Below are positions 24,296 to 33,928 of a stretch of 64,000 bases of DNA, one piece after another. The translations under genes were made by a program, and so were the position numbers. Origin of the DNA: an uncultured Spirochaetota bacterium (GTDB lineage: Bacteria; Spirochaetota; Spirochaetia; SZUA-6; CAVTHK01); assembly GCA_963734495.1 (NCBI GenBank), contig CAVTHK010000002.1:160001-224000 (forward strand), in the 5' to 3' direction. The notes beneath the pieces are model-generated. The model saw nothing but the letters and a program-made list of their open reading frames with translations, did not search any database and was not told where the DNA came from. The number at the start of each line of letters is the position of its first letter. Position 1 is the first letter of the stretch.

Positions 24296-25441
24296 TTACC
24301 GTTTGCTCGAGATCACGCCGCGGTACTTCTCCGCGTCGGCGCGGAACGCGACGATGCGGCCGGGCCCTTCGGCCCGCGCCTTTTCCAGCGCGCGCTCCGC
24401 CTCGGTCAGAAGCGTCTTGCCGCTCACGAGGCGGCCGTTGCGCGAGCTCAGGCCCGAGCACAGCGACACGCCCGCGGGCAGGCCGCGGCGGAATCGCTGG
24501 ACGCTCTCGATCCCGCCGTCGATGTCCTGGTCCGGCAGCAGCAGCGCGAAGCTTCCGGGACCGTGCTCGAACGTCAGGTCCTGGAACCGGAACGCCCTGC
24601 GGACGGCGGCAGCCGCCTCGGCGTAGACGTCGCGCGGGCCCGACGGGTCGAAATCGTCGAGAGCCATGACCACCAGCACGAGATCCTGGTCGAAGGACGC
24701 GGCCCGCTCGAGCTCGAACTTGAGCCGCTGATCGAGGTGCTCTTTCCAGCCGAGGCCCGTCGTCGGCGAGAAGAGCTCGGGCGTCCCGTCGCTCCCGCCC
24801 GCGCCTTCGGGCTCCGGGGAGCGCGAAGGCGCAGCCGCGCGCTCGTCGGACCGCGCCGGCCGCGCGGCTCCCCCGGGAGACGCGGCGAAGCTTGGCGCGA
24901 TCAGAAGGACGATGCAGGTCAGCACGAAGAAGCAGAAGAGGATGACGAAGGTCTCCTTGAGGATCGGGAACGCGTCCTGGCGTCCCACGACCACGTAGAG
25001 CCCGTCGATGGAGAGGTCGGTCCCGTAGCCCGGGGCGTAGGGCAGCCGGTACAGTCGGGTGCCCCACGGGAGCTCGGCGTACGACGGGCTGCCGGTCCAT
25101 GCGGCGGTGCCCGGATCGGGCATCAGCGCGCGGTCGCGGAGGAACGCGTAGCGCACGCCGTCCTTGCGCGAGTAGACGACCGCGGCGAGCAGCCGGGGCC
25201 TCTTGCCGACCTCGGCCCTCATCGCTGTCCGGAACTCCGGAGCGCCGAAGTCGCCGGCCGCGAGGTAACGCGAGGCGGACGCTCTCGCCAGATCGTCGAA
25301 ATCCGACCTGGTTTCGGTCGCGTTGGCGCCCCATGTCATGGACACCCTGAAGGCCAGGAAGCCCGCCAGAGCGAGAAAGAAGAAGATGCAGAACACGAGA
25401 TGGGCGTTTATAATCTTTGACGAGGTTCGCCTCGCGTCCAT
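24296..25441 (-). CDS. membrane protein with degenerate GGDEF-like domain
   Basis: Two TM segments; TGLGWKE...LKFELERA...LVLVVMALDDF; A-site position reads HGPGSF. Confidence 0.65.
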   Translation of the reverse strand: MDARRTSSKIINAHLVFCIFFFLALAGFLAFRVSMTWGANATETRSDFDDLARASASRYLAAGDFGAPEFRTAMRAEVGKRPRLLAAVVYSRKDGVRYAFLRDRALMPDPGTAAWTGSPSYAELPWGTRLYRLPYAPGYGTDLSIDGLYVVVGRQDAFPILKETFVILFCFFVLTCIVLLIAPSFAASPGGAARPARSDERAAAPSRSPEPEGAGGSDGTPELFSPTTGLGWKEHLDQRLKFELERAASFDQDLVLVVMALDDFDPSGPRDVYAEAAAAVRRAFRFQDLTFEHGPGSFALLLPDQDIDGGIESVQRFRRGLPAGVSLCSGLSSRNGRLVSGKTLLTEAERALEKARAEGPGRIVAFRADAEKYRGVISSKR

Positions 25442-25486
25442 ATGCGCCTATTATAGGCATGCGCGAGGATTTTAGAAGCCCCGGTC

Positions 25487-26317
25487 ATGAAGATTCGCAG
25501 GCGTTGTCTGCCCCACGGCTGGTACCCTTCGTCGCCCGACGCGATCCGCGAGCGTCTCCGCGGCTTTCTCGCTGAGCGCCCTCCGGCCGAGCCGCGCGCG
25601 GCGGCGGTCGTCGCGCCTCACGCGGGGTGGGAGTTCTCCGGCGCGCTCGCCGCGTCGGCGGCCGCGAGCCTGCGCCGCGACGCCGGCTGCGTCGTGGTCG
25701 TGGGCGGCCATCTCGGAGTGCGCGACGCGGTCCGCGCCGCATTCGAGGACGCCTTCGAGACGCCGCTCGGGGCCGTCGGCGCCGACGTCGAGCTGCTGGA
25801 AGCGGTCCGGCAGCGGATCGACGTGGTCGAGGATCGCGCGGCGGACAACACGGTTGAAGTGCAGCTGCCGCTCCTCGCGGCGCTCTTCCCCGCCGCCAGG
25901 GTCGTCGCCTTCCGCGCGCCGCCCTCGGGTCGCGCGCGCGAGCTCGGCTTGGCGGTCCGTGACGCGGCCGTCGCCCTCGGGCGCGACGTGGTCGTCCTCG
26001 GCTCGACCGACCTGACGCACTACGGCCCCTCCTACGATTTCGCGCCGCGCGGCGCGGGCGATGCGGCGGCGCGCTGGGTGACGGACGTCAACGACCGCCG
26101 CTTCATCGAAGCGCTGCTCGCGCTCGACGGCGACGAGGCGATCCGCCGCGCGCTCGGAGAGCGTTCGGCCTGCTCCCCGGGCGCGGCCGCCGCGGCCGTC
26201 GCGTTCGCGCGGGCTTCCGGCGCGACCGCCGCCCGGCTGCTGCACTACGGCACCAGCCTGGACGTGATGGAAGCGCCTTCCTTTGTCGGCTACGCCGCCG
26301 TGCTGTTCGGCGCCTGA
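25487..26317 (+). CDS. amrB: AmmeMemoRadiSam system protein B (MEMO1 family)
   Basis: GWYP, VAPHAGW.FSG, ETPLG, DNTVEVQLP, STDLTHYG, SFVGYAA. Confidence 0.88.
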   Translation: MKIRRRCLPHGWYPSSPDAIRERLRGFLAERPPAEPRAAAVVAPHAGWEFSGALAASAAASLRRDAGCVVVVGGHLGVRDAVRAAFEDAFETPLGAVGADVELLEAVRQRIDVVEDRAADNTVEVQLPLLAALFPAARVVAFRAPPSGRARELGLAVRDAAVALGRDVVVLGSTDLTHYGPSYDFAPRGAGDAAARWVTDVNDRRFIEALLALDGDEAIRRALGERSACSPGAAAAAVAFARASGATAARLLHYGTSLDVMEAPSFVGYAAVLFGA

Positions 26318-26363
26318 CGGTTGCTTGCGGGCGCCTTTCCGCGTTAGGCTCCTTCATCGTCCC

Positions 26364-28046
26364 ATGATTCGAAGTCGCCTTTCGGCAACCCTGGCATTCA
26401 TCCTCCTCGCCGCCGTTTCTCAGGCTGACCCGACGCCCCGTTTCACGGACCCGGATCCGCCGGATCGCCTCGTCGAACGTCTGCTCGCGGCGATGAGCCC
26501 GGAGGAGAAGCTCGGCCAGGTCTTCTTCGTCGGCTACCAGGGGACGACGCCTTCGGACGCTGTAAAGCGCTGGGTCAGCGAGCGCCACGTGGGCGGCGTC
26601 AAGCTGTTCACGCGCAACGTGTCCACTCTCTCCGAGCTCGCGCGCAGCGTGCGCGAGATGCAGCAGGCGGCTCTTTCGAGCCGGCTCGGCATCCCGATCC
26701 TCGTCGCGACGGACCAGGAAGGCGGCTGGGTGCAGCACATCCGCTCGGGGACCGCCGACTCGCCCGGGAACATGGCGCTCGCCGCGGCCGGCATGCCGCG
26801 CGACGCGTACCTCACCGGGTACTACGTTGGTGAGGAGCTGCGCGCTCTCGGGATCAACATGAACTTCGCGCCGACGGTCGACGTCTATTCCAACCCGTCG
26901 GACACCGTCATCGGGCCGCGCGCGTTCTCCTCCGATCCGGTCGAGACGGCGCTGTTCGCCGTGGCCTACTTCCGCGGGATGGAGGCCACGGGCGTGATCG
27001 CGACGGCCAAGCACTTCCCGGGACACGGCGCCGCGGACCGGGACTCCCACGGCTTTCTCCCGATCGTGCGGGTGCCCTGGCAGACCCTCTGGGACAGGGA
27101 CCTCGTCCCATACCGGATGCTCATTCGCGAAGGGCTGCCCGCGGTGATGAGCGGGCACCTCGCTTTCCCGGAGATTCAAGGTGAAGTGATCCCGACGACT
27201 TTGTCGCCCTTCTTCCTGAACGACGTGCTGCGGCGGCGGCTCGGGTTCGACGGGGTCATCGTCACGGACGACCTGGAGATGCACGGCGCGTCGCCGGACG
27301 GCATCGGCGTGGTGCAGGTCAGCCGCCTCGCCCTTGAGGCCGGCAACGACATGGTCCTGCTGTCGCACACCGCCGAGCTTCAGGACCAGGCGTGGGACGT
27401 TTTCCGCGGGCTGTACGCCCGCGACGACACCTTCCGCATGCGGGTGGAGGAGGCGGCGCGCCGCGTGCTCCTCCTCAAGCTGCGCCGCCTCAAGGGCGGG
27501 TTCCCGCTCCTGCCCGACGTCGATCGCGCGGCCGCGGCTGCGAGCGACCGCGCCTCGTCGGGGTTCTTCTTCTCCTCCGCGACGCGCGCGGTCACCGCGG
27601 TCAGGGGGAGCGATCTCCCGTACAGGCCCCGCGGCGGCGAGAAGGTCCTGCTCATGGGGCAGATACCCGATTTCTTCGACGAAGGGAGAAAGCGCTATCC
27701 TCAGGCCGCGGAGCATCGGTTCTCGTACGTGCCCTGGGAGTGGGCGCGCGAGGAGGACTTGAGCGAGGCGCCTCGGGCCGCGGCCGGCTACGACACGGTC
27801 GTCTTCTGCCTCGCCAACATGAACAGCCTCGAGGTGCTCGAGCGCATGCGCTCGTACCGGGGCAGGCTCATCGTCATCTCCGCCCTCTCGCCGATCTACC
27901 TCGACCGCGTCCCCTGGGTCTCGACCGCGCTCGCCGTCTACGGAATCGGCGCCGATTCTTTCCGCGCGGGGTTCGCGGCGCTCGCCGGCGACTTCGCGCC
28001 CAAAGGCGAGCTGCCCGTCGAGCTGCCGAGCCTGATGGGGGAATAG
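26364..28046 (+). CDS. GH3 beta-N-acetylhexosaminidase (NagZ-like), exported
   Basis: Signal peptide; DQEGG, NFAPTVDV, KHFPGHG..D.DSH, TDDLEM. Confidence 0.88.
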   Translation: MIRSRLSATLAFILLAAVSQADPTPRFTDPDPPDRLVERLLAAMSPEEKLGQVFFVGYQGTTPSDAVKRWVSERHVGGVKLFTRNVSTLSELARSVREMQQAALSSRLGIPILVATDQEGGWVQHIRSGTADSPGNMALAAAGMPRDAYLTGYYVGEELRALGINMNFAPTVDVYSNPSDTVIGPRAFSSDPVETALFAVAYFRGMEATGVIATAKHFPGHGAADRDSHGFLPIVRVPWQTLWDRDLVPYRMLIREGLPAVMSGHLAFPEIQGEVIPTTLSPFFLNDVLRRRLGFDGVIVTDDLEMHGASPDGIGVVQVSRLALEAGNDMVLLSHTAELQDQAWDVFRGLYARDDTFRMRVEEAARRVLLLKLRRLKGGFPLLPDVDRAAAAASDRASSGFFFSSATRAVTAVRGSDLPYRPRGGEKVLLMGQIPDFFDEGRKRYPQAAEHRFSYVPWEWAREEDLSEAPRAAAGYDTVVFCLANMNSLEVLERMRSYRGRLIVISALSPIYLDRVPWVSTALAVYGIGADSFRAGFAALAGDFAPKGELPVELPSLMGE

Positions 28047-28097
28047 TCCCCCACGGTTGACACCTCCCGACCGCCGTGGTATATCGCAACCGTTCGT

Positions 28098-28171
28098 CGG
28101 GCTGTAGCGCAGTTGGTTAGCGTACTTGCTTGGGGTGCAAGGGGTCGGCGGTTCGAATCCGCCCAGCCCGA
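28098..28171 (+). tRNA. tRNA-Pro(TGG)
   Basis: Cloverleaf CGGGCTG/CAGCCCG; anticodon loop TTGGGGT; TTCGAAT T-loop; upstream TTGACA promoter. Confidence 0.95.
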
Positions 28172-28569
28172 TTACCAACCCGTTTTCGTGCACGTGGTTC
28201 CCGAACACCAGCTCTGAGAGTCGGCGCCGGAGGGGGCGCCTCGAAGCCGTCTCGCTGAGAGGCGGTTTCGGTCAATAATGCCTTCTACCTCGTCGAGCGC
28301 TGCGTGGCGGTCCTCAGGCGCAACGGCAAAGACCGTCGCCGCGAGTCGACGAGCCACATCCTCCCGGGAGCGAAGCTTACGCGGCGTTGCATGGCGCCAT
28401 GAGCAGCGCGCATTTCCAGCGGGAGTGCTGGCGTGTGTTGAAGTCGGCTTACGGGTTCCCTGCTTCGGCCGTCCAATTCCACTTGCCAGAAGCGGCCTCG
28501 GCAAGAAGGCGTTGAATTGGATCGGCGGACTGCCCTATGCTTTGAGGCGTCACAAAGAAGGACCCAGTT

Positions 28570-29376
28570 ATGAAGAACAGGAGCTCCGGAAAGCAGGCTC
28601 AGATCGTCTACTTCTCGCACGGCGGGGGCCCCCTGCCGATTCTGGGAGATCCCGGCCACAAGGCGATGGTGGATTTCATGCGGGAGCTGCCCTCGCAGCT
28701 CAGGAGACCCGATGCGATCCTGGTCATCAGCGCCCACTGGGAAGAGAGCCTGCCGACTCTTCTGGGAGCGGGCAACCCTGACCTGTTCTATGACTACTAC
28801 GGGTTTCCGGCCGAATCCTACGAGATCACCTACCCGGCGCCAGGCAGCCCCGAGCTGGCAGCGAGGGTTGTCGACCTTCTGAGCAAGGCACACATCGCCT
28901 CGCGCATCGACGCGGAGCGCGGCTATGATCACGGTCTGTTCATCCCGTTGAAGCTGATGTACCCCGAGGCGGGCATTCCCTCCCTGCAGATTTCGCTCGT
29001 GCAGGGTCTGGACCCCGCAGTGCATGTCGCCCTCGGCGCGGCGCTGCGCGGCCTCATGAACGAGAACATCCTGGTCATCGGGTCGGGCTTCTCGTTTCAC
29101 AACATGAGGGCGTTTTCCTGGGAGGGCGCGGAGAAGGCCGATTCTCAGAACGACGCGTTCCAGGAATGGCTGATCGACGTCTGCACCGGGCCCCGCGCGC
29201 GGTGCGAGCAGCGCCTGATCGAATGGGAAAAGGCACCTTCGGCACGCTACTGCCACCCCCGCGAAGAGCACCTCCTTCCGCTGCACGTCTGCGTCGGCAT
29301 GGCGGAGACGCTTCCCCGGGTGGTGTTCGACGACACCATCCTGGGAAAGCGTGCACTGGCTTTCCTTTGGGAGTGA
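28570..29376 (+). CDS. class III extradiol ring-cleavage dioxygenase (DODA/YgiD-like)
   Basis: SHGGGP, ISAHW, YDYYGFP, RGYDHG, GSGFSFHN, HPREEHLLPL. Confidence 0.9.
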   Translation: MKNRSSGKQAQIVYFSHGGGPLPILGDPGHKAMVDFMRELPSQLRRPDAILVISAHWEESLPTLLGAGNPDLFYDYYGFPAESYEITYPAPGSPELAARVVDLLSKAHIASRIDAERGYDHGLFIPLKLMYPEAGIPSLQISLVQGLDPAVHVALGAALRGLMNENILVIGSGFSFHNMRAFSWEGAEKADSQNDAFQEWLIDVCTGPRARCEQRLIEWEKAPSARYCHPREEHLLPLHVCVGMAETLPRVVFDDTILGKRALAFLWE

Positions 29377-29500
29377 CACACGCGCCCGTCGCCCACACAT
29401 TCCCCTGAGTGTGCCTTCCCCTTGGCCGTTGGCTCGACGAACGATATTGACGGAATGCAGGAAAAGACCTACGTTTGTGGCGCATCAGGCAGGCGGTCGG

Positions 29501-30133
29501 ATGCGGCGGCAGGACCCGAAGGTGCTTGGGGTGCATGGGGTCGACCCGATATCCAAAGAGCGGCTGCGAGCGCTCGCGCTGGGCGAGTCGCGCCGCCGCT
29601 CCGCTGAGCTGCGCGAGAGCGCCTCGGCGCGCATCCTCGAGGCCGTCCTTTCGGCAGGCTGGTTTTCGCGGGCCGAAGTCGTGCTGTGCTACGTTGCGCT
29701 CCCGACCGAAGTGCGTACGGCGGGGCTCATCGAGGCCGCGCGCGGCCCGGGCCGCGCGGTGGGCCTGCCCCGCGTTGTCGACGGCGGCCTGCGCTTCCAC
29801 GCGGCTCCCGAGTCCGCGGCCGAGTACGTGCGCGGGACCGCGGGTGTCCTCGAGCCTCCGGAGAGCTCGCCGCCGCTCGAGCCCCGGCCGGGGCAGGAGA
29901 CGCTGGTCATCGTTCCGGGGCTTCTCTTCGACGCCGAGGGCTACAGGCTCGGCCGGGGCGGGGGCCACTACGACCGCTTGATCGCCCTGGCCCGCCGCGC
30001 CTGGACGGCCACGTTCGTGGGCCTGTGCTTCGACGAGCAGTTCGTGGAGCGGGTCCCGCGCGACCCGTGGGACGAGCCGGTGGACGCGGTCGTGACCGAG
30101 CGGCGAGGCGTCGTCGACTGCCGCGCGCCTTGA
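29501..30133 (+). CDS. 5-formyltetrahydrofolate cyclo-ligase (start uncertain)
   Basis: IVPGLLFD.EGYRLGRGGGHYDR, VPRDPWDEPVDAVVTE. Confidence 0.88.
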   Translation: MRRQDPKVLGVHGVDPISKERLRALALGESRRRSAELRESASARILEAVLSAGWFSRAEVVLCYVALPTEVRTAGLIEAARGPGRAVGLPRVVDGGLRFHAAPESAAEYVRGTAGVLEPPESSPPLEPRPGQETLVIVPGLLFDAEGYRLGRGGGHYDRLIALARRAWTATFVGLCFDEQFVERVPRDPWDEPVDAVVTERRGVVDCRAP

Positions 30134-30190
30134 TACGGGTTTCGCGCGCGTATTACATTCGGGACGGAGAGTCGGGAGGACGCAAGAGAC

Positions 30191-30781
30191 ATGGCGCTTA
30201 TAAAGTCCGCGGTGGAGATAGCCCTCGAGAAGACCGAGGCGGTCAAGATCGACAAGGAAGCCCTCGAGGCCGATCGCGTGCGCAAAGAGGGCAAGATGTT
30301 CGCATCGAAATTCCTCGGAGAGCCTGACTTCAATCTCAAGGAGGGCCTCGCGGGCAAGGACGCGAAGACCACCCGCTGGCTGCGGGAGGGGGTCACCGAA
30401 GCGCTGCTCGCAAACCTCGTGCTGCCGCAGGACTCGGTCGCGGCCCGGAGAGTGCGGAGGATCGCCGACGGGTTTGCGGCGATCGGCAGGAGCGACCGGC
30501 GGCTGCAGCAGATCTTCTCGCAGCTCGAGGGCTTCTTCAAGGAGTACGCCGAGGAGCGCGAACGGGTCCGCGAGATGGTGAACAAGCAGTACGAACCGGT
30601 CCGAAAGCAGAAGGAAGCGGAGCTGGCGCAGCGCATGGGGCAGCAGGTCCGCATCGACCCGGCGAGCGACCCCGACTACGTCAACGCCCTGCGGCGCGCC
30701 ATGGGCACCGTCGAGGACAGGTACGGCGCGGTGCTGACCAAGGTCAGGGGCGAGGTCACGGCGCTCGTCGCCGACCGCTGA
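30191..30781 (+). CDS. conserved helical hypothetical protein (DUF6657-like)
   Basis: SD GGAGG; MALIKSAVEIALEKT N-terminus recalled from spirochaete hypothetical proteins. Confidence 0.65.
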   Translation: MALIKSAVEIALEKTEAVKIDKEALEADRVRKEGKMFASKFLGEPDFNLKEGLAGKDAKTTRWLREGVTEALLANLVLPQDSVAARRVRRIADGFAAIGRSDRRLQQIFSQLEGFFKEYAEERERVREMVNKQYEPVRKQKEAELAQRMGQQVRIDPASDPDYVNALRRAMGTVEDRYGAVLTKVRGEVTALVADR

Positions 30782-30796
30782 TCCGCCGTCTTCCGC

Positions 30797-32104
30797 CTAC
30801 CGAGCGAGCATCTGCCTGAGCGTCGACGCGATGTCGTTTTCGGCGACGTCGTCCCGGCTCTCGCGGGTCCTGATGTCCTTGATCGACACGACGCCTTTCG
30901 CCTTCTCGTCGCCCCCGCAGATGATCGCGTAGAGGATCCCCTTCTTCTCGGCGAACTGGAACTGGCGGGGCAGCTTGGCCTTTTCCGGGTAGACCTCGGC
31001 TGACAGCCCTTCGCGGCGCAGCTGCGTGGCGATCGCGTGGTAGTGCGCGTCGAGGTCGTCGTCGATGCAGAGGACCAGCGCGTGCACGGTGCTTGCTCCC
31101 GCCTTGGCGGCGCCGAGCTCGGACAGCGCCGCCTGCAGCCTGTCGAGCCCGATCGAGGCGCCCACTCCGGGCATGCGGTCGCTCGCGAACAGCGACGTGA
31201 GGTCGTTGTACCTCCCGCCCGAGCAGACCGACCCGATCTGGGGGAGATCGGCGAGGAAGGTCTCGAACACGATACCCGTGTAGTAGTCCAGGCCCCTGGT
31301 GATCGACGGGTCGAGATGGTACGACCCGAGAACGCCGAGGCTCCGGAGCGAATCGCGGATACGGGCGAGGCGCGCGAGGCTGGGATCCTCGTCGCCGACC
31401 GCCGCGGACATCGCCGCCAGGGTCTCATCGAAGGTCGCCCGGGGCGTCACGAAGCGGAGGATCGACTCGACCGCATCGGCAGGGGCAAGGGAGGCGAGCT
31501 GGGACGCGACCGCTTCGCCGCCGATCTTCGCCATCTTGTCGATCACCCTGAGGATCTCCACCGAGCGTTCGGCCACGCCGAGCCTTTCGAGCAGGCTCGT
31601 GAGGGCCCCGCGGTGCGCGACGTGGATGCGGAACCGCTCGATGCCGAGGCTGCGCATGCTCGCGCCCATGAGCAGCAGGATCTCCAGGTCCGCCGACGCT
31701 GAGTCGACGCCGACGGTGTCGAAGTCGCACTGGTAGAACTCGCGGTAGCGGCCGCGCTGCGTGTTCTCCCCGCGCCAGACCTTGGCGATGTGGTACCGCT
31801 TGAAAGGCAGGGGGATCTCGTGCCTGTGGGCCGAAACGAAACGCGCAAAGGGGACCGTCAGGTCGTAGCGCATGGCGACGTCCCGCCGGCCGTGATCCAG
31901 AAACCGGTAAACCTGCTTGTCGGTCTCGCCGCCGCCCTTGCCGAGCAGGATCTCGGCGTATTCCAGAACGGGAGTGTCGATGGGAAGAAAGCCGAAGCTC
32001 TCGAAGGTCCTCGTGAGGACCGACACCATCGCCTGGCGGGCGAGCTCCACCTCGGGCAGGGAGTCGCGGAAACCCTTGAGCACTCTCGGCTCGATGAGCG
32101 CCAT
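30797..32104 (-). CDS. hisS: histidine-tRNA ligase
   Basis: KGFRD, RYDLTVP, WRGENTQRGRYREFYQCDFD, RGLDYYTG, SGGRY, GASIGLDR. Confidence 0.96.
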   Translation of the reverse strand: MALIEPRVLKGFRDSLPEVELARQAMVSVLTRTFESFGFLPIDTPVLEYAEILLGKGGGETDKQVYRFLDHGRRDVAMRYDLTVPFARFVSAHRHEIPLPFKRYHIAKVWRGENTQRGRYREFYQCDFDTVGVDSASADLEILLLMGASMRSLGIERFRIHVAHRGALTSLLERLGVAERSVEILRVIDKMAKIGGEAVASQLASLAPADAVESILRFVTPRATFDETLAAMSAAVGDEDPSLARLARIRDSLRSLGVLGSYHLDPSITRGLDYYTGIVFETFLADLPQIGSVCSGGRYNDLTSLFASDRMPGVGASIGLDRLQAALSELGAAKAGASTVHALVLCIDDDLDAHYHAIATQLRREGLSAEVYPEKAKLPRQFQFAEKKGILYAIICGGDEKAKGVVSIKDIRTRESRDDVAENDIASTLRQMLAR

Positions 32105-32219
32105 GACGGCACTCAAACACGAAAGCCGTGGCGTGTCAAAGGACGGGGTGCGGCGCCCCGGGCCCCCCGCGTTCCCGTTGACGGTCCGGGTCCGGGTCGG
32201 ATAGATTATCCGCCGTCGC

Positions 32220-32291
32220 GTCTCCTTCGTCTAGTGGTTAGGACACCGGGTTTTCATCCCGGCAACACGGGTTCGACTCCCGTAGGAGATA
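32220..32291 (+). tRNA. tRNA-Glu(TTC)
   Basis: GTCTCCT/AGGAGAT acceptor stem; anticodon loop TTTTCAT; GGTTCGACTCC. Confidence 0.95.
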
Positions 32292-32292
32292 T

Positions 32293-32775
32293 ATGAGAAA
32301 GTGGCTATTCGGCATCTGCCTCGTCCTCGCCGCAGCCGCCGGTTTCGCCGAGCCGACTCGTGTCGGGTTGGAGCTCGGCAACCCTTCGGGAGTGATCGTC
32401 ATCCGGCCCGCGCCCCTCGACATCAAGATAGGCTACGACTTTACCGGAGTCGCTTCGAGGGAAGGCGGCAGCGACTACGTGCAGGTCAGCTGCGACTACC
32501 GCTTCGTGGACCGGTACCCCCTGACCAGCGATCTCAGCCTGTACGTGGCGGGCGGCGGATACCTGAGGGTGCTGACCACGGACACGCAGGACAACTTCGT
32601 CCTTGGGGCGAGGCTTCCCGTCGGGCTGCAGGTCTTTGTCTCCGGCGGAATGGTCGAGATCTTCGTCGAGCTCGTCCCGACGGTCACGCTGCTGCCCACG
32701 ATCGTCGCGTTCGACGACTGGCAGGGCTTTATCGGGTGCACCGTCCCCGTGTCGGCGTTCAAGCCGAAAAAGTGA
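32293..32775 (+). CDS. small exported beta-rich protein, probable outer-membrane beta-barrel
   Basis: Signal peptide; alternating beta-strands; LGARLPVGL...EIFVELVP. Confidence 0.6.
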   Translation: MRKWLFGICLVLAAAAGFAEPTRVGLELGNPSGVIVIRPAPLDIKIGYDFTGVASREGGSDYVQVSCDYRFVDRYPLTSDLSLYVAGGGYLRVLTTDTQDNFVLGARLPVGLQVFVSGGMVEIFVELVPTVTLLPTIVAFDDWQGFIGCTVPVSAFKPKK

Positions 32776-32872
32776 CGGCCGCCGACCGACCGCTCGCCCG
32801 TCCTCCGGCGGCCGCCTTCATCGTTGACCATCATCAGGTGATCGAATAGAGTCCTTCTGCAAGGGGGCGCGC

Positions 32873-33928
32873 ATGGCCAAGGTGATTCTCCAGGCGCAGG
32901 ATCTGGACGGATACCTGACCGAGGAGGACAAGGGCAGCATCGCCCTTCTCGACTCCCTGTACGGCAAGGCCGCCGAGCTGTTCGGGCGGCTCGAGTCCGG
33001 CGATCGGGCGGCGCGCGAGCCGCTGATCGCGCTCTACCGCGACCTGGGCGACCGGATGCAGGAGATCGTGTCCCGGGAGAGGCGCATCCGCGTCTACTCG
33101 TGGGAGACGCCTTCGGTGACGCACGGCGAGGTGTCGCGGCTGATCGCGAAGCTGCGCGACGAGCGCACGCAGCGCGAGGAGTTCGTCTACTACATCCAGC
33201 GCGCCTACGAGCTGCTCTTCAACCTGGCGTACTGCGGGCCCAACACGGCCAAGCGCAACTACCTCGTCGTAAAGACGCCCGTGACCGTCCCGGTGCAGAA
33301 CTACGCCGTGCACAAGATCCCGCACATCGACAGCGACATATCCGACACCGTCATGTGCGTGATGCTGCGCGGTTCGCTGCTGCCTTCGATGATCATGTCC
33401 AAGGAGATCGAGGAATACTCCTCGGACGGCTACGTCACGCCGTTCGCGCTCTTCAAGGTCTCGCGCAACGACAAGCGCCGCGAGGACAACATGGAGTACG
33501 TCCTGGACCTCGACCGGTCCTACATCGACCTCGCGTCGCTCGACGGCAGGCAGCTCGTCTTTGCCGACCCGATGAACGCGACCGGCGGCAGCCTCGTGAC
33601 GATCATCAAGTACCTGCGCGACCAGGGCGTGCGGCCGAAATCCATCCGCTTCTTCAACGTCATCTCGGCCCTCAAGGGCGCGCTGCGGATCGTGCGGGCG
33701 CTCGAGGAGGCCGAGGTGTTCACTCTCTGGATGGACCCGGTCCTGAACACCAAGGCCTACATCCTGCCCGGCCTGGGCGACGCCGGCGACCGCCTCAACG
33801 GACCCGACGAGGACGAGCACCCCCGCAACATCATCCAGCTCATCGCGGCCTACGGGACGAACATCGTCTCGCTGTACAAGGCGCAGGTGCGCGAGATCGA
33901 GGAGACGGTCCTCGGCCGGCTGGACTGA
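32873..33928 (+). CDS. upp: uracil phosphoribosyltransferase (long form)
   Basis: [15 protein letters not shown] (PRPP loop), [12 protein letters not shown]. Confidence 0.88.
   Translation: MAKVILQAQDLDGYLTEEDKGSIALLDSLYGKAAELFGRLESGDRAAREPLIALYRDLGDRMQEIVSRERRIRVYSWETPSVTHGEVSRLIAKLRDERTQREEFVYYIQRAYELLFNLAYCGPNTAKRNYLVVKTPVTVPVQNYAVHKIPHIDSDISDTVMCVMLRGSLLPSMIMSKEIEEYSSDGYVTPFALFKVSRNDKRREDNMEYVLDLDRSYIDLASLDGRQLVFADPMNATGGSLVTIIKYLRDQGVRPKSIRFFNVISALKGALRIVRALEEAEVFTLWMDPVLNTKAYILPGLGDAGDRLNGPDEDEHPRNIIQLIAAYGTNIVSLYKAQVREIEETVLGRLD

Noticed and set aside
28172-28504. 110-aa minus-strand ORF after tRNA-Pro
   Set aside because: No recognisable motif or convincing start signal
29377-29500. 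6S RNA upstream of the 5-FTHF cyclo-ligase
   Set aside because: A TTGACG-N17-TACGTT promoter lies close to the ORF, leaving no room, and no long 6S-like hairpin is evident
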